Assembly: GCA_951406725.2 (NCBI GenBank)
Contig: OX597823.1
Span: 89,280,001 to 89,344,000, forward strand
DNA: 64,000 nucleotides
Source of the DNA: Octopus vulgaris
Taxonomy: Eukaryota
Reading direction: 5' to 3'
Under the pieces are notes generated by a model. It was not told the origin of the DNA and did not search any database. It saw only the letters and a program-made list of their open reading frames with translations. Positions 1 through 16,267 of this stretch are shown in pieces (position 1 is the stretch's first letter; each line of letters begins with the position of its first letter). The position numbers and the translations under genes were made by a program.

Positions 1-276
1 TAGCTACATAAGATATACGGTGTATCATAAATGCAAATATAAAAACAAAGTTCGTGGGTGGAGAGATATATGCATTGCAAAAATTAGAGATCAAGCAATT
101 AGATAAGAATTCCGATGTGGAATAACAGTCTGTTGTCTATTGTGCCAAATAGCGCTATTGGAAGCCTGGCACAATATGGTAAAGTTTGTGGATGATGCAA
201 CAAAACAAATAATTGCTTCCCGGTACAAGTGGTACAATACACAGAGAATAACAACGCAGCTAATAGTTTGTAAATA

Positions 277-1240
<964 letters not shown>

Positions 1241-1456
1241 TCACAAGCCTAAGCAGTAGTACACAATATTAACAGAGTGAATGAAGATAGTGGCGAAAGA
1301 TAAAGAATGAGAGAGAAACAAAAAGTAAGAGAGGATGAAGGGGAGTTGGTCAGAGTGAAACAAAGAGCGAATTGCAAATTGCAATACATGCAGGTTTTAT
1401 TTTGTTTTCACTAACGCATGCCAACATATATACACACACAACACACACGCGCGCAT

Positions 1457-1518
<62 letters not shown>

Positions 1519-2034
1519 GCACGCACACATCATTGTACTATGTAGCGGAGAACCGTAGAAACTATACAAGTAATTTGAGTATCACTTTTCATCAGCTTTT
1601 CAAAAACTTTTCTTTTAAATTCAAAATATTTCGGAGATGAACTACTAGTTATGAACCTCCTAGAAACAGAGTTTATAGAGTAATATCTTCTCTTTTCATT
1701 AGTAACGTTCTCAAAGCCAAACGAATTTTAAAACTTTACCCATCTTTCCCAAAGTGTCGGTATTTTGATATTTTCCTATGCATATGTTTCCTGCTATTGT
1801 TGACTTGCTTAGCATATTCATGGAATTTAGGTGCGCGATGCATTAATGGTATGCGTCTCACTAGTCTAAGATGGATTGCAAATTCTATGGCTCCAATTTT
1901 TTTTCAGGGCCCAGCAAGATAAAAAAATGCTTTTTTGTTTGTTCCTGTACCCTGAGCTAAGTCTATCCTCATCAGGAATAGAAATTATTAAACAAATTCC
2001 AGCAATGACTACACTACATTTTTTTCATGCATTG

Positions 2035-2385
2035 GGCACAGGCGTGGTAAGAACCTTGTTTCACAAACACATGGTTCTGGGTTCAGTTCCACTGTATGAC
2101 ACCTTGGGCAAGTGTCTTCTGCAATAGCCTCAACCTTGTAAGTGAAATTAGTAGACGGAAAGTAAAAGTAGCCCGTCGTGTATGTGTGTGTGTGTCCCTG
2201 TGTGTGTGTGTGTGTGTGTGTGTGTTTTTGACTGTGTTTGTCTCCCACCACCGCTTGACAATCGGTGTTGGTGTGCTTACCACTACGTAACTTAGAGATT
2301 CGACAAAAGGGACCGATAGAATAAGTACTAGGCTTCAAAAGATAAGGCCTAGGGTCGACTTGTTCAACTAAAACCCTTCTAGCCA
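2035..2385 (+). mobile_element. tRNA-derived SINE, family A (diverged copy)
   Basis: B-box-like GGTTCAGTTCC, CCTTGGGCAAGTGTCTTCT, internal (TG)n, GACCGATAGAATAAGTACTAGG; colinear with 48168-48567 and 49735-50140. Confidence 0.85.
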
Positions 2386-2515
2386 CAATATTCTATACGA
2401 TGCAATTTAAGACGGCAGGATGTAACTGGAAGATTTGGCTATCATGTCTAGCAGATGTTGTAACCACGAACGTATATTCTCCCTCGTTGGCTCGTTTTAA
2501 TATTTTTAGTTCATG

Positions 2516-2698
2516 AAGGCCGAATTAGTAGGGAGACTGTTAAACCATCTTGTGGTATTTACATTGCTTCAAATCCTACCTGGGTCAACTTTGCTCTAAG
2601 GTCGATAAAACATGTAGCAGCGAGCTACTGAGATCGATTTAAACGACTGTATCCATCCCCTAATGTCAGTGACCTAGTTCCTATATTATAAACCAGTA
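2516..2698 (+). mobile_element. SINE family C, degenerate
   Basis: AAGGCCGAATTAG...TTCAAATCC...GGTCAACTTTGC...GTCGATAAA; resembles 51638-51858. Confidence 0.6.
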
Positions 2699-3849
2699 TA
2701 AAACGCATAAAACCTATGAGTTATAGAGCAAGAAGTAAGAATTTAGTGGCTCGGTTATAATGTGAAAGAGAGTTTCAACTAATAGAAGAATCTTTTTCAT
2801 TTCACTCACTTCAGGCATTCCTTTCAAAAGGTAATTAACGCCACAAAATGGCATGAGGCTCACCAAGTCTCATTGTCTTCTGACTTAAACTTGTGTTTCC
2901 CAAATCTTATATTAATATTGATAATTGCTTTAAGAATCGGTGTCCTTGTCCAGAAAGTTGTGGTTTTTATGCCTGTTTATTATATAAGAAATCATCATTA
3001 ATATATGTTAGTATGGGCCATATGCTACCGAGTCTCAGAGATATGTTTGAACACTGTTTTTGTTGTTATTGTTGCTATTGTTGTTGTTACTGCTGCTGCT
3101 GCTATCGTTGTTGCTACTGCTGCGTTGTTCCACTCCAGCTTCGTATTCATTGAACAAATTTAAGATAAAAGGGGCTCAAGGTGTGATCATCCTGTCTCCT
3201 TTAAAGTAGAGCATAGCCAGGACTACATTTTCTGGCATAGAGATGTCTCAGACCAATTTTAGTATGATAGGATGCGATTTGATGGAGTGTTGGCTTCTAT
3301 TATTAGCAGATCGAGTATTTTTTATTGCTCTAATTGCTTCGTCACAATTCAGTTCTAATCGTGCTGATGTGTGATCAAAGTCGTCCCACTTGTGTACATG
3401 TCTAGGATTGTATGTCTGGGTGTTTAATATGACCAGCAGAGTCTAATTTAAGGGTGAATTGGCTACCATTTCTCGAACGTCAGCGACTCTCAAGATAGTT
3501 ATTTACTGGTCACTTACTGCCTCATAAACTGAGTCCGTTGTTCACACCAGTAAATTTACATTTGTATTAGACCTCTATTTGTTCACTCAACCTCCTCTAA
3601 ATATCAGTTAAATCGCTCTTAAATGACACCTTGTCATTTTAAGAAAGGACAGGTTACATTGGGTTATGTAGTCCAAGATTCATTATGTCTGGAATGAAGA
3701 TAGGGAGGGATGATCACAACTTAATGTGAACCGTGGTTATCTCTTTATTGGGAGCCACGTGACTGGAAGGAAACTACCAGTATTGCCAATCAAGCAAACA
3801 GTTTGTTGTTTGTTACAAAAGAAAAGTTTGAAATGAGGAGCTGCCTTGA

Positions 3850-4300
3850 AAATCATGAAAACATCAGTACAAGATTTAAAATAATGAAGGTTATATTTAT
3901 CATGGGAACAAGAGAGAGGGGAGAGAGTTCTATAAAAGAGCTGTTCGAAGAAAAAAGCTACCAGAGAAGAAACACACCTTGCAAGGAGGGTCAAAAATAA
4001 TGAAAGTATAAGAATTTATATAGAGAGGAGTATTGGAGGGTAAAAATAAAGGTGGGGAGCGGCAGGAAAACGACCAAGAAAAATATTTATAGAATAGAGA
4101 AAAAGAAGGAAAGTCAGAGCGTTAAGAGAGGAATTGAAGTTCAGCTGAATATAGAGAATCACGGATATTAGGTACTCGGCTTGGAATTCAATCAAATAGA
4201 AAAAGAACTTCACCAGAGGCACCAGCTCAAATATGTCAACTGGATTTCATACAAGGGCGAATAAGCAATTCATAAAGACGATGAATATATTCATAAAGGA
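3850..4300 (-). pseudogene. Decayed 3' end of a non-LTR retrotransposon ORF2
   Basis: Minus strand reads F-F-L-R-T-A-L-L-*-N-S-L-P and later Y-N-L-H-Y-F-K, matching the 'FFPRT..LWNSLP...YNL..FK' C-terminal motif of APE-type LINEs. Confidence 0.45.
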
Positions 4301-5025
4301 AATAATGACGAGCTCACCTTTTTTCCCCTCACCTTTTGTCCATAAATATGTCTAGATAGCTCTGAATTTGAGATAAACAACAACCATTCTTTCAGTTGGA
4401 TAATTCACTAGAATACGAGACTGCAATTAACTTACCCCTCCCACCACGATTTACCTTTCCATACATGGAGAGGTAAATGGAAGTGGGTGGGGGATTGTAT
4501 ATGTATGTTAAAGACTGTACCCTGTCTTATACTGCCGCGCTAATTCGGATTGAGAACTCACATTAATAATAAATGTTCTCTGTGGAATACTCGACCACTC
4601 TCATATTAATATCATAAGTAAGGGTTCAGTTCAGTATCCCAAACATTTGATTGCATGTCGTCGAAATAGACGGATGATCCAATACTATCATATTCAGGTA
4701 CTGAGATACAGAGAAACAATAACCAATAACACGAGAAGACAGCACATGTAGCATTATGTTTCCATGTCGTGTGCATAGCACTTAAAAGAGCCTGAGGGAA
4801 CTGGTAATCTCACTGAATTGCCATATGTTTAATTTATCTATATTCTCATCTATTCATTCATTCGTTTATTCATTATATCATCTATCCTTCTGTAACTATC
4901 TTTCCTCCTCGGAATGTTTTCTCCGCATATTACATAGTATATAAACAATCTGAATTGGTGTTGCATCTCCTGAAATATATTGTTATGTGAAATGGCAAGG
5001 AATAAGGTGTATACATACACACATG

Positions 5026-5122
<97 letters not shown>

Positions 5123-5321
5123 GCATACCACTGCTGAGCTCTAAACCAGGCGTTATCTTAAACACATGACAAGACATATATCACATGCAACGCTATTCCA
5201 TTAGTTATGTTATGCTTTATCTAACGTGAAAAAATGAAATGTTAATTTAGCAAAGTGCTAAGACTCGAAAAAGACAATATTATTTTCCTATCTATCCTTG
5301 TATCTATTTATCTATATATCT

Positions 5322-5397
<76 letters not shown>

Positions 5398-5463
5398 CAC
5401 ACACACATATTTACATATTTATATCGCCATCTCGCCCCGCTTTCTTTCCTCCTCCCTATATTC

Positions 5464-5513
<50 letters not shown>

Positions 5514-5524
5514 ATATGTATATA

Positions 5525-5606
<82 letters not shown>

Positions 5607-5731
5607 TATATATACATTCATACATACTTAAATGTATATATCGTGTTTGTGTATGTCTATATATATGTGTGTGTATGTGTATGTGTGTGTGCATGAAGAT
5701 ATATTCATAAATATATGTATTTACACAAACA

Positions 5732-5818
<87 letters not shown>

Positions 5819-6312
5819 GTAGCTGCATTAATACATATACATACACCCACGCACACATACTTATAGAGATATAAGCTTGTGTGTACATATACAGATACAT
5901 TTATAAATAAACACACACATACATACATACATAAATACATACATACATACATTCATACATAAATATATACATACATGCATGCAAACATCCATAATGTATT
6001 CGTTACAAATGCATATTCTATGACTATTGATCATAGAAAATGTTGAGTTTTATATGTTAATACCCTCTAGATACATTTTTATGTAAATAGCCATCTTTCA
6101 TTTTTACTGACTTGTTAAAATATACCCACGTAAATACGATCTATCTTCACTTCATGCTCCACTTTGGAGTCTGATGTTTTCAGACTGTATTGACAACGTA
6201 TAAATCATCAGGCCTGTTTGTTTTTGTATTATTTATTGGAAATATTCTTTCAATTCACTTTACATATCTGTAGACAATCTGATAAATTACTCTCGCAGTT
6301 CGTGTTACAAAG

Positions 6313-7156
<844 letters not shown>

Positions 7157-7733
7157 TGAAAGCGGATTCAAAATGAAGGATGGTATACAAATAAAGATAA
7201 AATAAACTAGAAAATGATAAAGTACTTTTTTTCTTTTTTCTGAATTGTACGATAATCTGTAAAAGGGTTCTTAGGTGAACGTGGACGTTGCATTAAACAT
7301 TTAAGACTTGACCAATAAAACGATGTTACTGACAGAATTTCAATTCATACTTTGTTTATAGATAGGCTTTGCTCTATAAATTCAAGAGAAAGAAAGGAAG
7401 AAAGATGGAAACAAGCAAACAAGCAAACAAACCAATAAATAAGCAAAAAAAAAAACAAAAAGAAGATGAAACGGCTTCTTTGCTGAGGCGACGGAAATCT
7501 TATTTAGTTTTCGCAACTTTCTTCAAGCAATATTTTGTAGTTAAATAGATATTGTCGAGTTTTTAAAAGGCAAATTTAATCACAGAACTACGTGAATACG
7601 TAAACGGTAGATAAAAGAAGCGAAACCAATAAATATAAGCATATGTGAGGGGGGGATGCAGGAAGTCTGAGGGAGTGTGTTTGTGTGCACATTCGTATGT
7701 GTTTTCTGTGTAAGTATGCATATATGCACACAT

Positions 7734-7778
<45 letters not shown>

Positions 7779-8889
7779 AATACATACATACAGATAAACA
7801 ATATATGGATTCATGTTATAGCTTACAAAAGTCATAAGTAGTTAAATGGATAAATACACATACACACACACATACACACATACACTCACACGCATAAGCA
7901 GAGAGAGTATGCTAGACAGAGAGACAGACTGATAGAGACAGGCGGACAGACAGACAGGCTTGGTTCAAGTCTTAGTTCTCGGCTAAAGGCCGCTGATATA
8001 TGTATATATGCTTGTGCGTAGGTATCTGGGGCTGTGGTGATGTGGGCGTGTGTATGTGTGCTTGGGCTACTTCTGAGCAAATCGATGTTGTTATGATGCA
8101 ACATTGTAATTCTGCTTCATTTTGCAGTTTAAACCAAACGATGCGTGGATCAAACAAAAAAATTTTCTTTAAAGAAGATTCACTGCAATCTATGGCTAGT
8201 TGCAGTAATCTCAGTTTATATCTGATGTTATTCAAAGAAGTGATTAAGCTTTCGTTTCCAGCGGAAAACTAACGAAGTGGCAGTGAACCAGGGCAAAGAA
8301 ATGTTTCTCTTATTGAACACCCAGTACGCACATACAACAATGCATAACAAACAGATCTCAGCATCCATTACAGAAACTACAAATGCAAAATATAAGATAG
8401 CAAAACACAAAGAAAGTAAGCTGTGTTCTGTGTAATATTTTCGGAAAAAATAAAAATAAGTATCATATTAATGATGGCCGCTCAGGGAATCGCTATAGAG
8501 TATAAAATAAAAGATAAATATCACCAAGCCAACAAGCCAAAAACAATGCAACAAATAAAACCCTTGAGTAAAATCTGATTGTGCGATACGAAGATGAGAA
8601 AATAGGTAGAATGAAATACAATTGCCATGGTGAAACTGGAGAGAACATAAAACCGCAAAACACATTGAAGATATAAGAAAATAAAAATTGTCTCGTGTAA
8701 GTAAGGAGAGAAGAAATAATAGAGTTTTATATAGTTTATTCAAATATTTACTATTGTGTGCTTGGAATACATTCAGAATTATTTGACTGTTAAATGACAA
8801 AAATTATACGGTGATATCTATGTATCTCTCTACGGGAAAACTTTTAATCTATCTTTATAACTATCTATCCATTCATCTGTCTATCTATT

Positions 8890-9008
<119 letters not shown>

Positions 9009-9064
9009 TAAATAGATAGATAGATAGATAAGATGAGATGCAGACATATAAATAAGCAGGCATA

Positions 9065-9096
<32 letters not shown>

Positions 9097-9357
9097 TGTG
9101 TCCGTATGCATGTATATATGTATATGCCTGCTAATTTATATATCTGCATCTCATGTTATATGCGTGTGTGAGTATAAAAGGACAAAGACTGATCAGTTAT
9201 ATGCGTGCATATATGCGTAATTGTTTGTATATAGATACATACACACACCATCATACACATATATATGTGCATATACAAACATATATATATATATATATAT
9301 ATACATATGTGTTATGTATATATATATGTATGTATGTATGTATTTATGTATGTGTGT

Positions 9358-9571
9358 ATAGTCAAGACAAATAAACGAACAACTGAAAAAGAAAAAAAAA
9401 GAAAAAAACGAAGGTGAAGACGTGCACAAGTAATATATTAAATGAACGCTTGGTAAAGTGAGATAGTTGTTGTTAACGTTTCGAGTATAGCTCTTCGTCG
9501 GAAGCAGGAAGGTTCAAAGAGAAAGACGGAAAAATAGGCAAAAATAGCCAACAGTCCACGTGCAGTTACAT
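9358..9571 (-). mobile_element. ~200-bp element with minimal hammerhead-like core, flanked by TA repeats
   Basis: Minus strand 9472-9505: CCGACGA-A-GAG-CTATA-CTC-GAAAC-GTT; same layout as 24982-25172. Confidence 0.55.
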
Positions 9572-9596
9572 TATATATATATTTTTTTTTTTTTAA

Positions 9597-9630
9597 TAGT
9601 TTCAGCTCAGAGCTGCGGCCATGCTGATGC
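9597..9630 (-). mobile_element. Extreme 5'-truncated LINE 3' tail
   Basis: GTTTCAGCTCAGAGCTGCGGCCATGCTGAT is identical to 59047-59076. Confidence 0.8.
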
Positions 9631-9651
9631 ATATATATATATTTGTATATT

Positions 9652-9712
<61 letters not shown>

Positions 9713-10785
9713 GAGAGTTTGAAAATGCAGAGGTCTTTTAAAGATGTTTATTGACTGGCTTCACTTTTTTAAAAAAGATTATCAAAAATAAAACGTAAAG
9801 CTTTTACAAAGCTATATATATATATATAGCAAACTGTTAATCTATGTCTACATACCTATCTCTTTATCTCTCAAATCATCTTTATATATATCTCAATATG
9901 TATTACATACGTATGTGTATCTAGAATCAAGATTTTTGTGTTGTTATAACATAGAGGCTCACAACCCTGCAACACTTTTTACGTACGTCAGAACGCCCAA
10001 CTTATTCGTAACTGAGAAAATGATCCGCCGATTTTCTTTGTAAAGACCTATGTTTTAAGAGAAATATCAGTTTGAGATGTTTCTATGAAACAAACTATTA
10101 CAACTAGTACTGTTAGATGTATTGAAGATACATATTATAAATGTTTTTATGTGCCTATATTTTAATTGTAAATGTTATATATCTTAATAATTTAAATGCA
10201 TATTTTATATGAAAAAGTTATATACACCATTGTTTTAATTGTCCGTTCATATATCAGTTTAAGTTTTGATCAGAATATGTTTTAAAAGCGTTAGCTGGAC
10301 TAAATTAGTGTATACATGTATCTTAAAATAAGTCTTACGTCTAGTAACACATATTGACTTACTAATGCAATCTTCTCGAATTATAATATATAGTCCAGTT
10401 TTTGATAAAACGACGAGGTTGTATGACGTAATGACAAAGATGATGTCTCATATATATGTTATTGATATTTTCAGTTACTTTCTTTGCAAAAGAAATCGGT
10501 GGTATATAACCAGTGTATATATAAATTTACATATTTTTTTTCAGCTGTTTGTTTTTATCTGTTCTAAAATCGATCTTATGATTGATGTTGCGACATTTAT
10601 GTTCTGTAACTTATCGCTCCGAGAATACTATTTAATAAAATAGATGCCTGACTGAAATATATACAGTGGAGTAACTATGATTAACTGACAAGTCTCGAAA
10701 GCTGAGCCCCAATACGGCGACATTCCAGCAGCTGATACCTTCAAATTAGCAGAATATATATATTCTGTTAAGCAGTGTTTACGTA

Positions 10786-11938
10786 TGAGCAGAATTAGGT
10801 AAGTTGAAATATGTTTGTCACATTTTTCAACTGATAAAAGACAAATACACTGCCGGTACCGTGCAGAAAAAAAACACCCTTATGGTAAAAAGGTGTAAAA
10901 TACCCGCTCCGTTCAGTGTCGCCGTCCATTAGGAATCCCAGACATCGATGTTTCAAGCTTCTTGGTTATTTTCGATGAGATGCACCTAAGTCTGTTTAGA
11001 GTTGCCTCTCTGAGGTATACCAGTTTCTTATAATAGGTATATTATATGTGTTACGTCTAGTAACACATATTGACTTGGTAATGCAATCTTGAATGAAACG
11101 AAATACAAAATGTTACCGAGAAAACATGCTGATTCTGTAAATATACTGTTATTTTACATGGAACATGAGTTTTTAAAATTTTAGTTTCACAAAACAGAGA
11201 ATGTAAAAATACTGGCGACAGAGGAGCATTTAGTACATCTCTTCAGTAAAATTAATCATTATAGCTAGCTCATAGACTAAATTTAAAAGCGTTACAATCG
11301 CATAGCTGTTACGATAAATTAGTCCTAGAAAGTTTAAACCTGATTGCATTAAAGACATTTTAAATCCATTCGAATGTGGTTCGCTTTTTAGCTCTACGGT
11401 CACTGTCACTTCAGATAGAATATGTGAAATAAATCAGTTCGGGCAGAAGTGTATTGTTGATATTTTTGCTTAGTTTCAAGTCATCCTTGACAGAACAAAC
11501 CTACTATGATCAACAATTTCCGTCTTTGACGCACTAGTATCTGTGCAAGTATAAGTCTACATTATATACTGCCACTTTAAAGTCTTCAGAGGATTTGGTT
11601 TCTATTTCTAGCAGAATGAGAAAATGCCTAGTGGCTTTCTCTTCCGACCAAGAAATTCTCGAATTATAACATATAGTCCAGTTTTTGATAAAACGACATG
11701 GTTGTATGACGTAATGACAAAGTTACTGATGATGTCTCATATATACGTTATTGATATTTTCAGTTACTTTCTTTGCAATAGAAATCGGTGGTATATAATA
11801 GATGGCGACACCGAACGGACCGGTTGTTTTACATCTTTTTACCATAAGAGAGATGTTTCTTTCTCCATGTAACTTCAGCGTATTTGCCTTTTAGCAGTTA
11901 AAATATGTGACAAACTTATTTCAACTAACCTAATTCTG

Positions 11939-11942
<4 letters not shown>
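10786..11942. mobile_element. Element bounded by ~145-bp imperfect terminal inverted repeats with TA on both sides
   Basis: 10786-10930 (TGAGCAGAATTAGG...GTGTCGCCGTC) is the reverse complement of 11798-11942; TA at 10784-85 and 11943-44. Confidence 0.65.
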
Positions 11943-11976
<34 letters not shown>

Positions 11977-11979
<3 letters not shown>

Positions 11980-12176
11980 AGAGTTTACGAAAAAAAAACA
12001 AAAAAGGAAGACACGTGCTGTACAAAACAAACAGATATATTAGTATAACGCTCAGAAATAGAAAAAGTCTTTTACGTTTCGAGCCTACGCTCTTCTACAG
12101 AAAGGGACACAGAAAAAAAAAAAACAAGGAGAGAAAAGTATGTGTGTAGTGACTAACGATCTATCATGGCGACTGA
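11977..12176 (-). mobile_element. ~200-bp hammerhead-like element in (TA)n
   Basis: Minus strand 12069-12104: CTTT-CTGTAGA-A-GAGC-GTAG-GCTC-GAAAC-GTA-AAAG; homologous to 21539-21745. Confidence 0.7.
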
Positions 12177-12196
12177 TATATATATGATACATTATG

Positions 12197-12447
12197 ACTG
12201 CCACTCTGTCGGTTACGACAACGAGGGTTCCAGTTGATGGGATCAACTGGAAAAGCCTACTGGTGGTGTTAAAGTTCAAGTGGCTGTGTGCTCCACAGAC
12301 ACACGTAACATTAACATACTTCTCAAGAAGATTCAGCGTGACGCAGTATGTGACAAGGGTTGGCTTCTGAAATACAGGTACTGCTCCTTTTGCCAGCTGA
12401 GTGGACTGGAGCAATGTGAAAAAAAGTTTTATTCAAGGTCACAGCGA
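12197..12447 (-). mobile_element. SINE with a family-B 3' tail and a different central domain
   Basis: 12197-12380 matches 19367-19535 and 37776-37955, then diverges (TTTTGCCAGCTGAGTGGACTGGAGCAA). Confidence 0.75.
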
Positions 12448-12899
12448 AAGTATTCACTTGCTCTGAAGATGAAGACCAATATTTTGAGACGCAGGGTTTT
12501 CGTTTTTTTTCTATGTTGATTATTGGGAATCCACCACAGTGCACTTCGATGACGGTGAAACCTAGCATATAAACCGAGAGTTCTTTCTAGCTGCAAGCGC
12601 TTCGTTTATTTGTTGTTTCGGTTTTGATTTTCATATATGCAGTGGTCCATTTTGTTGTTCAAGGTAACAAGACTGATATCACCCTATTGGAACATGTGTG
12701 TTATTTTTTTACGTGAGATATTTGGGTTGCATGTGTATGAATAAATGGATGTATGAATGAATGAATGAATGAATGAATGAATGAATGAGAAAGGCGACAG
12801 CAAATAATTTGCATACGCACAAGAAAAGTACAAGGACAAACTGAACTCTAATTCACACCAGAGTTGATAAAATGTGGGTTAGTAAAAGAGCTATTTAAG

Positions 12900-13255
12900 C
12901 ACAGACACAGCAATGAAAAGAAGCCATTGACGTGATAGATTAATAGAATCGACAGACGGACAATTTCTACAAGAGTTTCGAGTGACAGACACGGTTAAAT
13001 GTTTTACTGAAGTCCAGAATAATATTGCTCTCAGCAAATGTTTCAATGCGAGAGATCTATGGAAAGTGACATAGAGGAATATATTTCCCGTAGTTCTGGG
13101 TTTACAAATTATTTACTGATATAGAGATTAAGGATGAAGATAAATTGAAAGATTTGAGAAGGATCGGCTCCATCATCTTTGAATTATTGGAAATTCGATA
13201 GAATGGTAATTAGTAAGAACAGGGAGATTACTCTCCTTGAAATTGTGACCAACAC
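12900..13255 (-). pseudogene. Decayed LINE RT fragment
   Basis: Minus strand N-Y-H-S-I (NYRPI-like), S-K-M-M-E and L-D-F-S-K-T-F-N-R-V-C-H-S-K-L-L-*-K-L (LDxSKAFDRVxH motif). Confidence 0.55.
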
Positions 13256-13258
13256 CAT

Positions 13259-13791
13259 GGGGACGAATTTCACCGACACTCTCTACAGGTACAAATGTTG
13301 CGTTAAAATGGAATGCACCGATGTTCTACTTATTCCCACTTCTTGAACAATTTCCTGGATTGTTACACAACGGTCTTCCATGACTATTCCCCGAGCTTTC
13401 TCAATCATCACCTCGTGGTGACTGCCTATCTGAGCGTGCCTCGTTCTCCATTAAGGTGCGGCCATATCTGAAGTGGTTATACCACTCCTTGATCTGACTT
13501 TTGCCCATGGTATCATTGCTAAAGTCCAACTGAATCTTCTGGAAGACTTGAGCTTAAGTATCACCAAGCTACTGGCAAAACTTGATATAATATCTCTGAT
13601 CGAAGAGTTCGGAGAAACGAAAATCTGATGAGCGCGCACTACACGTCTGTACTCTAAGGGTAACAGCCAGGAACTGACGGTAGGAGCGAAAAATTTCACG
13701 CATGCGGCATCACCTCCCACCCGAAGTATTTTGCCCGCGTGGCGTTAGTTTTGGCGGGAAAATTAAGTTGGATACTTTTTGGACTACCTCA
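13259..13791 (-). mobile_element. 5' half of a mariner transposon (TIR, UTR, HTH region of transposase, stops)
   Basis: Minus strand QRYYIKFCQ*LGDT...QIKEWYNHFRYGRT...EARSDR...EDRCVTIQEIVQEVGISRTSVHSILTQHL...VSVKFVP; TIR-like TA|TGAGGTAGTCCAAAAAGTATCC. Confidence 0.85.
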
Positions 13792-16057
13792 TATATTAAG
13801 ACAATTACTGAATATTGGCCAAGGGGAAGTGCCACGTAAATCTTTTTAGCAATAAATCACTAAATAAAAATAGTATTTGCCTTTCCATGCTTTGATTTTG
13901 TTTGCTTTTTGTACTTGTATGATTTGGCTCATTTTTTTTTTTCATCTGACACATTTCTTTTCGAGGGCATCTGCACAGTAGTCTAATAATTCACCAGAAT
14001 ATCACGAGATCTATAACATATTAGCTCTGTCAACGAGTAATTATTTTTGCGTAGTACATAATTCTTATAATTCAAGCTCAATGTCCGCAATTTCTTTTAG
14101 GCAAACCAGTATTTTTATTTCCAATGCGCTACACGTACGCACATAAAAGCACAGACAGAAAACTATTTCTAAACTTTCCCCAACTATTTACAACCCCGAA
14201 AGTCAGTGTTATCAAATCAAGTAGTCTTTTATTCAAAGCCAAACCATTTTTCATTCCTTACATTGACTCGATAAAGTAAATTATTTCCAATTTCAACATG
14301 TATACTTCCAATTCGTGCCAAAAGCCTTGCGGAATGATTTTAAGTCTGCTTTGATCGAAGGTAATATTTCAAGTATTCTTTTCACTATTTATATACCTGA
14401 ACACAGTGAACAGAAGAAAGTGATTTTAGAGAAAAGAAAACATGATTGATGCGTTCTTTCCAAGATACCGAAATGTATTTTAGTTGCTGAACCTAATTCC
14501 CAAGGATTACAAAAGTCTATTTGTTTTGCGGTTCTCCAGAGACGGTAATATAGCACTCTAATACATTCATCAAACGAAATCTGATTAATGTTTGTTTCAT
14601 AGTTTCTACCTCTTTTGTGTTTGATATTGCTACGATATCATCACCGACATCGCACCCAAGTTGATATTCTGGTATCAAACTAGCCAAAATTCTTCAAGCA
14701 TGTCCAATGTTTGAGACCGAAGATAGCGAAGCTGATAAGTTTATAGACAACTAACTGGACAGTGGTTCGTATTTTGTATCTGTTACAAAAGTATTCCCGC
14801 CACTAGGACCTAATTGTCTACGGATGTGTCCGCCGATCTCTGAGTAGATACCATGGTCGTTCACAATTTAACGCTATCTTACGGGATTGAGTTCAAGCTT
14901 TACTCTGGGTACAGAGAAGTCACTGAAGAACCATTTTTGTATCTAATGAACCAAAAGAACTTCCACATGATTGTTCGATTTGCAAGAAACAGTAGTCAAA
15001 TCTTCTTGAAATCATACCTGATCATCTTTAAAAAGTCAAGAGACATTGAGTAATAAAGTCCTAAGTAGACTACCGCTGAAAATATTCTTGAGAACTCAAC
15101 AATTTTAATATTCTACAATGTAATATATCTAAATAGTGTTAACTTTCCATCGAGATTGCTCACTCAATCTATTATAATTAACAGTCAAATCTCTCTGAAA
15201 TCAGAACTTACCAAAGAGAAGAATACATTGATCTTATATACTCCTAAAATAAAAGTGTCTGTAATGATTCGGGCACTTTTGATTATAGACCATATACCTG
15301 CTCAGTCAGGTTCATCTGGAACTGAGAAACAACAATCATAGCGATGACTTAATGCTAAACAACATTAAATTTATAATATCACATGAAGTGAGTATTATAG
15401 AATAAATCAACTTCAGTCTGTGTAAGGAGAAAAAGAATGATAAACAGATGCAAAGCGAAGCACGATTAGAACTTAGAACCTAAACGGTCAAAATTAAGTC
15501 TCTTTCATCAGCAATGCAGCCCTTACAATAGTACCACTTTAGTATCTTCACGGAAACTTTCCTGTTTTACTTTTCTTCTCTGCTCTTCCTCGCAGAAATA
15601 CCACTGTGTTGAAATCTCTTCACTTTCTTACTTCTTTGTGTAAAATTAATTGACATCTGAACCTGATTGTAGATTCGATGGGAGATGCGCTGTTTTCGTT
15701 CCGGAAAACATCAACAATAAATGCCCAATTAAATATTCTGTCAGACCCACTGCCAACAGGCCATCACATTGGATCTTTATTAATTAAGCTCGAAAGTTAT
15801 ATATTTTAAAGAATGATATGAAGGCGTTGTGAAACTCAGATTTACGCAAGCATCTTATTCACTTACAATTACTAGGACTAACAAAGAAATGAAAGTAACA
15901 ATATCGTCCAACAAAATCGTACCAAATTAAAATACGAACGCGTGTATATTGAATGCCAGTTTGAATGATAATCATCATCATGTGTATTATGAATGTATGT
16001 ATGTGTAAACATATATATGTATGCGTCTGTATATATATATATGCACATATCTCTATA

Positions 16058-16089
<32 letters not shown>

Positions 16090-16267
16090 GACTAATACGA
16101 TTATATCAAATACCATACAACGTAAATTCTCCGCCTCTAAAGGATGTGTCAAGACTAGGTAATGGCAACCAGTATCTGGGATACGTCAATATTCGCAGGC
16201 AGGGGAATCTTACTAGACCAAATATTGCTGGCAGTGACCAACAGGAAGAGTAATGTATCCTAGAGCA

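Noticed and set aside
13451-13763. Host CpG-island promoter with first coding exon
   Set aside because: Region is the 5' UTR and transposase start of a mariner.
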